Source: a virus
Taxonomy: Duplodnaviria > Caudoviricetes
Virus record (IMG/VR): IMGVR_UViG_3300031965_000099
Location: 1-34,927 of that record
DNA: 34,927 bases
Direction: 5' to 3' (one strand)
In this document: positions 9,037 through 15,647 of the stretch, piece after piece
How the letters are laid out: each line of letters opens with the position of its first letter
Numbering within the stretch: position 1 is the first letter of the stretch
Position numbers and translations under genes: made by a program
Notes under the pieces: generated by a model
The model's database searches: none
Told to the model about the DNA's origin: nothing
The model's input: only the letters and a program-made list of their open reading frames with translations

Positions 9037-9398
9037 GGTCTTTCTCCTTTGCCATCTTCATAGGTGAGCTGGATGCCGAGGCGGCGGCACTGGGCCTCCA
9101 CCTCGGCCTGGCGTGTCCGCGCCTCGCGGGCGAGGCGGCGGTGCATGCCGGACCTGCGCTTGTGGTCGCGCGCCGTCGCGTCGAGCTGGCGCGCCTCGGC
9201 GACGAGCTGCGAGGCATCCGCGCCATCCGAGGGAGCCGGCCCGGCCATCGGCCGCGAAGACATGACTTCGCGGCCTTCCCGTCCATCCCCGGGCATCGGG
9301 CGTGACGAGGGAGCCGGCCCGGCCACGGCGCGTCCGATCGAAGACCGGCCGCGCTCGCCCATGCCATCCCCGGGCCGGCTTGCGTTGGTGGTGTCCAT
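9003..9398 (-). CDS. Hypothetical protein with tandem palindromic repeats in its N-terminus
   Basis: ATG 9398 overlaps the tail tube stop (TAATG); helical C-terminal part. Confidence 0.5.
   Translation of the reverse strand: MDTTNASRPGDGMGERGRSSIGRAVAGPAPSSRPMPGDGREGREVMSSRPMAGPAPSDGADASQLVAEARQLDATARDHKRRSGMHRRLAREARTRQAEVEAQCRRLGIQLTYEDGKGERPWPTETHRSSI
9229..9375. repeat. Two tandem ~78-81 bp palindromic units
   Basis: GAGGGAGCCGGCCCGGCCA at 9229 and 9307; CCATCCCCGGGC at 9283 and 9364; perfect 10-bp hairpin at 9250-9275. Confidence 0.75.
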
Positions 9399-9997
9399 TA
9401 CAATGCCGTCTGGTGCTGGACCTTGAGCCGGCCGAACCGGTCGGCCGCGGTCGCCGCGGCGGGGTCCTCGATCGCGGTGAACTCGAGCGCGAGCCCGGCC
9501 GGGGCGCCCTTGGAGAACACCGGCTCGGGGCTGCCGGACTGGTAGACCAGCGGGGCCTCGTACTGGGCCTGCCAGCCGGAGCCGTAGGGGGAGAAGACGC
9601 CGCGGGCGAGGAGCGCGAGCCGGGCGACCGAGAGCCCGCGATAGAGATCGAGGGCCTTGAAGCCGGCGGTGCCGGACCCGGCCGCCGTGGTCGCGACCGC
9701 GTTGGAGTTGAGCGCCAGCCGGTACTGCTCCAGCGTGATGTCCCAGAGCGTCACCCGGACCATCAGGTTCTCCTCGGTGCGCGAGACCTGGACCGGACCG
9801 GTCGAGCCGGCCGAGCGGAACGTCTCGATCGACTGCTCGTGGGCGAGGGTGACGCCCTCGTCGGAATAGTTGCGGTCGCCGGCGGCGCCGAGCTTGACCC
9901 AGTTGCCGGCCGGCGCGGCGTCGATCGCCGGGAACGCCTCGCCGACCGGGGCCCAGTAGAGCGTCAGCGGCGCGGCGATGATCTCGAACGGTTCCAT
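9398..9997 (-). CDS. Major tail (tube) protein
   Basis: 199 aa, LY.AP.G..FP...W..LG...EGV motif; follows the tail terminator; AGGAG RBS. Confidence 0.8.
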   Translation of the reverse strand: MEPFEIIAAPLTLYWAPVGEAFPAIDAAPAGNWVKLGAAGDRNYSDEGVTLAHEQSIETFRSAGSTGPVQVSRTEENLMVRVTLWDITLEQYRLALNSNAVATTAAGSGTAGFKALDLYRGLSVARLALLARGVFSPYGSGWQAQYEAPLVYQSGSPEPVFSKGAPAGLALEFTAIEDPAAATAADRFGRLKVQHQTAL

Positions 9998-10014
9998 GTC
10001 TGTCTCCTGTGGAT

Positions 10015-10434
10015 CTAGGCCACCGCCGGCTCGGCGAAGAAGGCCTGCCAGGACCGGAACACCGCCGGCCAGTCGGTCGCCGGGTCGCGGAAGGACGAGT
10101 AGCCGCCGGCATCAGTGACCCAGTGGACGAGGACGCCGGCGGAGACCGCGCGGCGGAGCTGCTTGAGCGCCGGATAGACCGCGAGGTCGACGCGGGCCGC
10201 CTCGTAGGGCGTCTCGCCATAGGCATAGGCGTCGATCCGCTGGGCGCTCACCTCGGCGTAGCCGGCGACCAGCGGCGCGCCGCCGGACGGCCGCAGCACC
10301 AGCGCCTTCTCCGGCATCGGCTCGGCCTCGCCGGCCGGAAGCTCGATGCCGAAGACGCGGGTCCCGACCAGGGCGGCGACGCCGCCGTCGGCCTTGAGAA
10401 AGGCGACCAGCGCCGCGATCACGTCGCCGGTCAT
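10015..10434 (-). CDS. Tail terminator/completion protein (DUF3168-like)
   Basis: L.AD..VAALVG.RV motif; position. Confidence 0.7.
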   Translation of the reverse strand: MTGDVIAALVAFLKADGGVAALVGTRVFGIELPAGEAEPMPEKALVLRPSGGAPLVAGYAEVSAQRIDAYAYGETPYEAARVDLAVYPALKQLRRAVSAGVLVHWVTDAGGYSSFRDPATDWPAVFRSWQAFFAEPAVA

Positions 10435-10444
10435 GGGGCGGCTC

Positions 10445-10864
10445 TCATGGCCGGGCCTCGAGCGCGGCGCGGATGCGGCCGGCGAGCGAGGGATAGACGG
10501 CGTCGGCCGCGGGCCTCAGGTACGGCCGGGCCGGGATCGTGACCGACTGGACGACGGCGGCGATGCCGCCGGCGCGATCGGGGATCACGAGCGCGCGGGC
10601 GTTTTTCGGCGTGATGGTGCCGCCGACCTCGTGGATCAGGGCGTAGCGCACGTCGCGCGAGCCCCAGCTCCCGCGGACCCCGCGGCCGGCCGGCCGGGCG
10701 TAGTCCTGGATGTCGATCGAGCCCTCGAGGGTCGCGGTCCGGTTCTGCCAGGAGTGGTTGCGCCTGGCGTGGACAACCGCGGCGGCCATGGTCTGGTTGA
10801 CGCCCTGGATCTGGGCGGCCCTCAGCCGGCCCCTCACCTCGTCGCCGCGCCATCTGAGGGCCAT
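10445..10864 (-). CDS. Neck/virion morphogenesis protein (HK97 gp10 / Mu G-like)
   Basis: RT..L..SI, YA.IHE.GG, IPARPYLRPA motifs. Confidence 0.75.
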   Translation of the reverse strand: MALRWRGDEVRGRLRAAQIQGVNQTMAAAVVHARRNHSWQNRTATLEGSIDIQDYARPAGRGVRGSWGSRDVRYALIHEVGGTITPKNARALVIPDRAGGIAAVVQSVTIPARPYLRPAADAVYPSLAGRIRAALEARP

Positions 10865-11211
10865 CACGACACCCGCTCGAGCGCCGCCTCGAGGTGGCGG
10901 TGCTTCCTCTGCGGCTCGCCGTCGACCCGGAGCCGGCCATTGACGAGCACCGTGCCCAGGCGGTCGGTGACACGGGCGATCTCGTCGCCGGCGCGGATGT
11001 CGGCGCCCACCGGGAACATCGCCCGGATATCCTCGATCAGCGCGACCCTTCCGGCGCCGACCGCCTGGCGGGACGCCGTCGACCAGACGAAGCAGGGCAC
11101 CGGATCGCCGGTCGGGGCGAACACCGGGGCCACCGGGTGGCCGTGGGCGTCGGTGCCGGTCGCGGTATCGCGCTCGATCTCGGCGCGCATGGTCATCCGC
11201 GCGCGGCTCAT
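10864..11211 (-). CDS. Head closure / head-tail adaptor
   Basis: 115 aa, D..G.P and DI..GD motifs; position. Confidence 0.65.
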   Translation of the reverse strand: MSRARMTMRAEIERDTATGTDAHGHPVAPVFAPTGDPVPCFVWSTASRQAVGAGRVALIEDIRAMFPVGADIRAGDEIARVTDRLGTVLVNGRLRVDGEPQRKHRHLEAALERVS

Positions 11212-11780
11212 GCCATCACCATGTTGCGGCGGGGCGCGAGGCTGGCGAGCAGCGCGTCGCGCTCGTCGGTGAAGGCGTCGGCGGTGACCGACCCGGCGCG
11301 CTGCCAGTCGCCGGCGCGCTCGGACTTGTCGAGGCCGCGGTAGGTGAGGTCGAGCTGGACCAGCTTGATCGCGACCTCGTCGCGCTGCTTCTGGTCCGAC
11401 ACCGGGGTGTAGGCGAGGCGGACCAGCGGCGCCCAGTAGAGCCGGCCGTTGGTGCCGTCGATCAGGCGCTCGATCACCCGGCCGCCATGGAGGAGACGGA
11501 AGTCGTCGGCGGCGAGCTGGGTCTCGTTCGCGGCATCGCCGGTGTCGGCGGGCTCGATCTCGACCACGGTGACGGCCTTGGCGGCGTCGACCGGGCGGGC
11601 CGGATGGAGGAACCGGCGGTGGCCGGCGAGATCGCGGTCGTCGCCGAGGTGGACGGTGATCCCCGCGACCGGGCCGTGGCGGGCCTCGATCTCGGCCGCC
11701 GCGGCATCGATCATCGCCTGGAGCTCGCCGTCGGACAGGTCGGTCTCGACGCGCTCCCTGACCCGGTCGAGCAGCGCCAT
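11208..11780 (-). CDS. Head-tail connector (adaptor) protein
   Basis: D..LQ.MIDAA..EI N-terminus typical of gp6-like connectors. Confidence 0.65.
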   Translation of the reverse strand: MALLDRVRERVETDLSDGELQAMIDAAAAEIEARHGPVAGITVHLGDDRDLAGHRRFLHPARPVDAAKAVTVVEIEPADTGDAANETQLAADDFRLLHGGRVIERLIDGTNGRLYWAPLVRLAYTPVSDQKQRDEVAIKLVQLDLTYRGLDKSERAGDWQRAGSVTADAFTDERDALLASLAPRRNMVMA

Positions 11781-11783
11781 GGA

Positions 11784-12122
11784 TCAGACCCGGAACGCGC
11801 CGACGGTGACGTTGGCGACATCGTCGTAGTCGACATGGACGACATCGCCGGCGGCGCCCGCCTGGTTGAAGGTCGCGGGCGGGAACGGCCCGATCATCCG
11901 CTCCTCGGTCGCCGGCACGGTGACGGTGCGCGAGGTCACGGCCTGGCCGTCGACGACGCGCGGGGTCCTGACGGTGACGACGCAGGCGGTGGCGCCGTTC
12001 TTGACGTGCAGGAACTCGCGACCGGTGTTGCCGAACGAGTTGCCGTCGGTCTCGGCCGCCGCGTAGGCGGGCGTGACGCCGAGGCGGGTGACCGGCTGGA
12101 CGGCGAGGGCGACGCGGGGCAT
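11784..12122 (-). CDS. Hypothetical virion protein (beta-rich)
   Basis: Start MPRVALAV with GGAGG RBS; located after the capsid gene. Confidence 0.6.
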   Translation of the reverse strand: MPRVALAVQPVTRLGVTPAYAAAETDGNSFGNTGREFLHVKNGATACVVTVRTPRVVDGQAVTSRTVTVPATEERMIGPFPPATFNQAGAAGDVVHVDYDDVANVTVGAFRV

Positions 12123-12123
12123 G

Positions 12124-12366
12124 TCAGACCTCCACCCGCGGCGGCCACGACCACACCGCGCCGCCGAAGTGGACCGCGCTCTCGCTGTCGGCACGCGGGA
12201 TCGAGGTCACCCATGGCGGGTTGTCCGGCCCGTCGGTCATGACCCGGGCGTTGATCATGGTCTCGGAATGGACGGCGGTGACGATCGCCGGGTGCACGCG
12301 CGACCCGTTGATCTCCATGCCCTCGTGGAGCGTCACCAGGACGATACGGCCGAGTGTCGGTGCCAT
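12124..12366 (-). CDS. Hypothetical protein
   Basis: MAPTLGRIV...PAIVT.V...W.WPPRV; GGAGG RBS. Confidence 0.6.
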   Translation of the reverse strand: MAPTLGRIVLVTLHEGMEINGSRVHPAIVTAVHSETMINARVMTDGPDNPPWVTSIPRADSESAVHFGGAVWSWPPRVEV

Positions 12367-12368
12367 GG

Positions 12369-12647
12369 CTACTCGCCTCCCTTCTTCAGCTTCTCGACGG
12401 TCAGGCCGGCGGCGGGCTTTCCGTCGTCGCCGCCCTCGGCCGCCTTGTCCTCGCCGCCCTTGCGCTCCTTGTTCGCGCCGCCGCGGCGGGTCTTCGGCGC
12501 CGCCCCGTCGACGACGCCGAAGCGCGCGGCGTCGTCGTCCGGGATCTCGTCGCCCGGCGCCGCCCACAGGGACGCGCCCGCCGGGTCGCCCTCGGCGACG
12601 ACCCGCGACTTGTCGGCGGTCAGGTAAAGTCTCTCGGTGGCCTGCAT
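12369..12647 (-). CDS. Hypothetical head-region protein
   Basis: MQATERLYLTADKSRVV.EGDP...; GGAGGAG RBS; Lys-rich tail. Confidence 0.6.
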   Translation of the reverse strand: MQATERLYLTADKSRVVAEGDPAGASLWAAPGDEIPDDDAARFGVVDGAAPKTRRGGANKERKGGEDKAAEGGDDGKPAAGLTVEKLKKGGE

Positions 12648-12664
12648 GATCTGCTCCTCCTGGT

Positions 12665-13144
12665 TCACGGCACCGTCCTGGCGATCCGGTAGTGGACCTC
12701 GATCTCCAGATCGCTGTCGCCGGTGATGATCTCGCCGACCAGCATGTGGAGGACGAGGGCGGCGTTCTCGACCGGGGTGATCGCCGAGCCGCCGGACGCG
12801 GCGGCGTGCGGCCGGACCCAGCGGATCTGGTTGGTGGTCTGGTCGAGGAAGCCGGTCGCCTCGCACTGGGCGACCTCGGCGCCGCTGGCGTCGGTGTACT
12901 TGACCGAGAGGTCCTCGCCGGCCGCGATGCCGGCATAGGCGGTGCCGGCGGCCTTGCGGATCATCGCGCCCTCGAAGATCGCGGCGAGGCCGGCGCCGGG
13001 CGCGGCGACGATCGCGACCGGCGTCGCGTTGAGGGTCAGCACGTCGGCCGCGGCGACGACGACGCGGGCCCGGAATGTCCGAAGCTGCGCGCCCTCGATG
13101 GTGACGCCGCCGTGGACCGGGTTACCGCCTTGAATGAGCGCCAT
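12665..13144 (-). CDS. Putative capsid decoration/cement protein
   Basis: 159 aa beta-rich ORF directly after the capsid gene; AAGGAG RBS. Confidence 0.55.
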   Translation of the reverse strand: MALIQGGNPVHGGVTIEGAQLRTFRARVVVAAADVLTLNATPVAIVAAPGAGLAAIFEGAMIRKAAGTAYAGIAAGEDLSVKYTDASGAEVAQCEATGFLDQTTNQIRWVRPHAAASGGSAITPVENAALVLHMLVGEIITGDSDLEIEVHYRIARTVP

Positions 13145-13205
13145 GGTGGGCTCCTTTTCCTGGGCCGGACCCGCGGGGTCGCGCGGGGCCGGCGCTGGTT
13201 CAGTG

Positions 13206-14528
13206 TCAGATGCCGGTGACCGAGCAGAACGCGGCCGGACGGAAGACGACGAGCGCCCAGCGGCCGTCGGCGCGGATGGTCCGCTTGCCCTCGACGAACT
13301 GGGTGCCGGTGTAGCCGACCTGGATGTCGATGCCCCGGCGCTCGAACAGGCTGATCCACGCCGGCAGGAACGAGCCGACATAGCCGGTGCCGGCGGCGTC
13401 GGCGTCCGACTGGATGACCGGCAGGCCCCACATGCGCTCGGGCCCCGCCTCGGACGGGTTGCCCCAGACGTAGATGCCGTCGGCGGTGCGGGTGAGCCTG
13501 ATGTCCTGCCAGTCGGTCGGATGGATGACGTGGTGGGTCGGCATCGCCCGGCCGGTGAGCCGGATCAGGGTCATCGCCTTGTAGAAGGCGTCCTGCACCG
13601 GATCGGCGCCCTTGGCCTGGGTCTGGATGCCGACCACGTTCTTGATCCCGCGCAGGTTCGGCGGGGTGCCGTTGCCGACCAGGACCTGGCCGTCGAGCCT
13701 CTGGCGGATGCCGAACATGAGGCGGCCGTTGAGATAGGACTCGACCATCGCCACGTCCTCGAGCTGCTCGTCGGTCACCGGCACGCTGTCGGTGATCTTG
13801 CGGACGTTGCTCGACTTCTCGGTCAGCGCGAACGTGCTCTCGGCGAAGGCGACGCCCTCGGCCTTCTCGGCCGCGGCGTGGGTCCGGGTCGTCTCCTCCA
13901 TGTAGACGATGGCTTCCTGGCCGGTCTGGCCCATCGGAATGATGTCGATGAGCTGGACCGGGCGGGTGACCGCCTCGACGAAGCCGGGCAGGCGGACCGA
14001 CTCCGGCGCCCAGCCGGCGGTGGTCTCGAACAGCGCCTTCGACTGGAGGGTCGGGAAGCTCATGCCCCTGGCGAGGCCGTCGGACGGCCAGTAGTCGTCG
14101 AGGCTGAAGGAGACGCCGCCGCCGGCGCCGGACTTCGCCCACTCCTCGAACTTCCGGTCGGCGGTGACGATCTCGCCGATCGACTTGAGGCGCCTCGCCG
14201 CGTCGGCCGCGGCCCGGTGATCGCCGGGCGCGGAATGGATCGGCCGGCGGATGGTCTTCTCGCGGCTCTCGTGCGCCCTCGCCGCCTCGTCGGCGGCGCG
14301 CAGGGTCTCGATCCGCCCGCCCAGCTCGTTGAGCTCGGCGTCCATCGCCTTGACCTTCTCGGCGACGGCGATCGACTTGCCCGGCCCGTCGGCGATCTCG
14401 GCGAAGCATTCGACCTGGTTGTAGTCGAGCTGGCCGTCCTCGGTCCTGGCCTCGGCGAAGACCTTGGCGAGCTGGCCCTGCTTCGCCTCGAACTCCTGCT
14501 CGATCTGCTTGCGTGTCTTCTCCGGCAT
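13206..14528 (-). CDS. Major capsid protein, HK97 family
   Basis: 440 aa; coiled-coil delta-domain-like N-terminus; AEG..F.ES, L.GNG...L.GI, V.HP.DW..IRL....G.Y, R.WGLPV, RP.AF motifs. Confidence 0.92.
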   Translation of the reverse strand: MPEKTRKQIEQEFEAKQGQLAKVFAEARTEDGQLDYNQVECFAEIADGPGKSIAVAEKVKAMDAELNELGGRIETLRAADEAARAHESREKTIRRPIHSAPGDHRAAADAARRLKSIGEIVTADRKFEEWAKSGAGGGVSFSLDDYWPSDGLARGMSFPTLQSKALFETTAGWAPESVRLPGFVEAVTRPVQLIDIIPMGQTGQEAIVYMEETTRTHAAAEKAEGVAFAESTFALTEKSSNVRKITDSVPVTDEQLEDVAMVESYLNGRLMFGIRQRLDGQVLVGNGTPPNLRGIKNVVGIQTQAKGADPVQDAFYKAMTLIRLTGRAMPTHHVIHPTDWQDIRLTRTADGIYVWGNPSEAGPERMWGLPVIQSDADAAGTGYVGSFLPAWISLFERRGIDIQVGYTGTQFVEGKRTIRADGRWALVVFRPAAFCSVTGI

Positions 14529-14560
14529 CGTCCCGCTCCTTCAGTCCCGTGTCCTCGAGG

Positions 14561-14592
14561 TCCCGGTCGCGGCTCGCCGCTCCTCGCCTCTT
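14561..14592. repeat. Dispersed GTCGCGGCT(Y)CGCCGCTCCYCGCCTC element, copy 1 (capsid gene leader)
   Basis: Matches copies at 16473, 16766, 18626 and 21857. Confidence 0.75.
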
Positions 14593-14651
14593 TTCGGGGG
14601 TGACGCCGGCAGCCCGCGCCGGCAGATGCACCCGTGTTGCCACAGCGCGGA

Positions 14652-14685
14652 CCGGATAGCAGGACTGACAGTGTCAGGCCCAAAC
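14652..14685 (-). promoter_or_regulatory. Putative Mor/C-activated late promoter element upstream of the capsid gene
   Basis: 34 bp, 33/34 identical to 22764-22797; contains the dyad CTGACA-G-TGTCAG (14665-14677). Confidence 0.75.
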
Positions 14686-14730
14686 AGGTGCCAGGTGTCA
14701 GGTATCGGGTGTCAGGAAGACAGGTGTCGG
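14686..14730. repeat. Heptamer array RGGTRYC
   Basis: AGGTGCC AGGTGTC AGGTATC GGGTGTC ... AGGTGTC. Confidence 0.8.
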
Positions 14731-14891
14731 GGGCGGGGATCGGATGTCGGCGAGGACGGGCGGGTCCGGCGGCGCGCCGGAATGCCCGTGGATCGCCCAC
14801 AGCGCGTTTAATTCGCTGTTTAAAAAAATCAGGCGGGTGATTATGGCCCCCGCCGCCGCGCGCCGCCGTGCGGGCTTCCCTCGCGGCCGGA

Positions 14892-15647
14892 TCAGCCGCG
14901 CCGGGGCGCGAAGGAGAGCCCCCGCGCGTGGTGCGCGGCGAACTGTCGCCGGGCGATCTCTTTCCCGGCCTCGATCTCGCGCACGAGCGTCCCGAGCCCG
15001 CCGGCGAGATCGGCGAGCTGCCTGGCCCGCGTCGCCGACAGGGCGCGGCCCTCCTCCGAGCGCATGTCCTTGACCGCCCTCGCCCTGGCGAGACAGTCGG
15101 CGGCGAGCGCGATCGCGGCGTCGATCTGATCGCCGAATGCCCGCGGCTGGTCCGTCGTCTTGATCGCCAGCGTGCCCGTGCCCAGTCCCGCGCCCCTGAC
15201 CACCGGCGAGACCTCGAACACCTCGAGGCGCTTGAGGACCCGGACCCGCTCGCCGTCGCGGGTCTCCTGGGACGAGTCGAGGATGGCGAATCCGTAGGAC
15301 CACTCCTGGACCGGCGGCGCGCCCTCGCAGCAGCCGTCGAGATCGAATTTCAGCGCCGCGTGCCAGTCGCGCCCGGCCTGGTGGCCGAGGTTGAGGTGGA
15401 GCTCGGCGAGCGCGGCGTCGCCGTCCTCGTAGACCCGCGCCTTGCCGAGCGAGACCCTCGACCAGTCGTGGGCGGCGAGGATCTGGACCCACTGGCCCTT
15501 GCCTCCCTCGCCGGCGAAGGCGCCGGGCGCGTAGGTGTCGTTGTCATGGTCGATCGCCGACAGGGTGGCGATCCGGGCGAGGCCGTGGCCGGCGTCGTCG
15601 AGCGCCTTGAGCTGGACGCCGCGCTTGGTGAGGGTCTTGTCAGGCAT
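14892..15647 (-). CDS. HK97-family prohead protease (peptidase S78)
   Basis: D...D...PGAF, catalytic H (AAHDW), WSYGF, EVSPV..GA motifs. Confidence 0.88.
   Translation of the reverse strand: MPDKTLTKRGVQLKALDDAGHGLARIATLSAIDHDNDTYAPGAFAGEGGKGQWVQILAAHDWSRVSLGKARVYEDGDAALAELHLNLGHQAGRDWHAALKFDLDGCCEGAPPVQEWSYGFAILDSSQETRDGERVRVLKRLEVFEVSPVVRGAGLGTGTLAIKTTDQPRAFGDQIDAAIALAADCLARARAVKDMRSEEGRALSATRARQLADLAGGLGTLVREIEAGKEIARRQFAAHHARGLSFAPRRG

Noticed and set aside
9229-9375. Possible mini-CRISPR array
   Set aside because: Only two units, 19-nt arms, self-complementary inner sequences, lies within an ORF, and no cas genes or leader
13160-13197. GC hairpin after the capsid gene as an intrinsic terminator
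   Set aside because: Imperfect stem and no U-tract on the coding strand; may only be a stabilising structure
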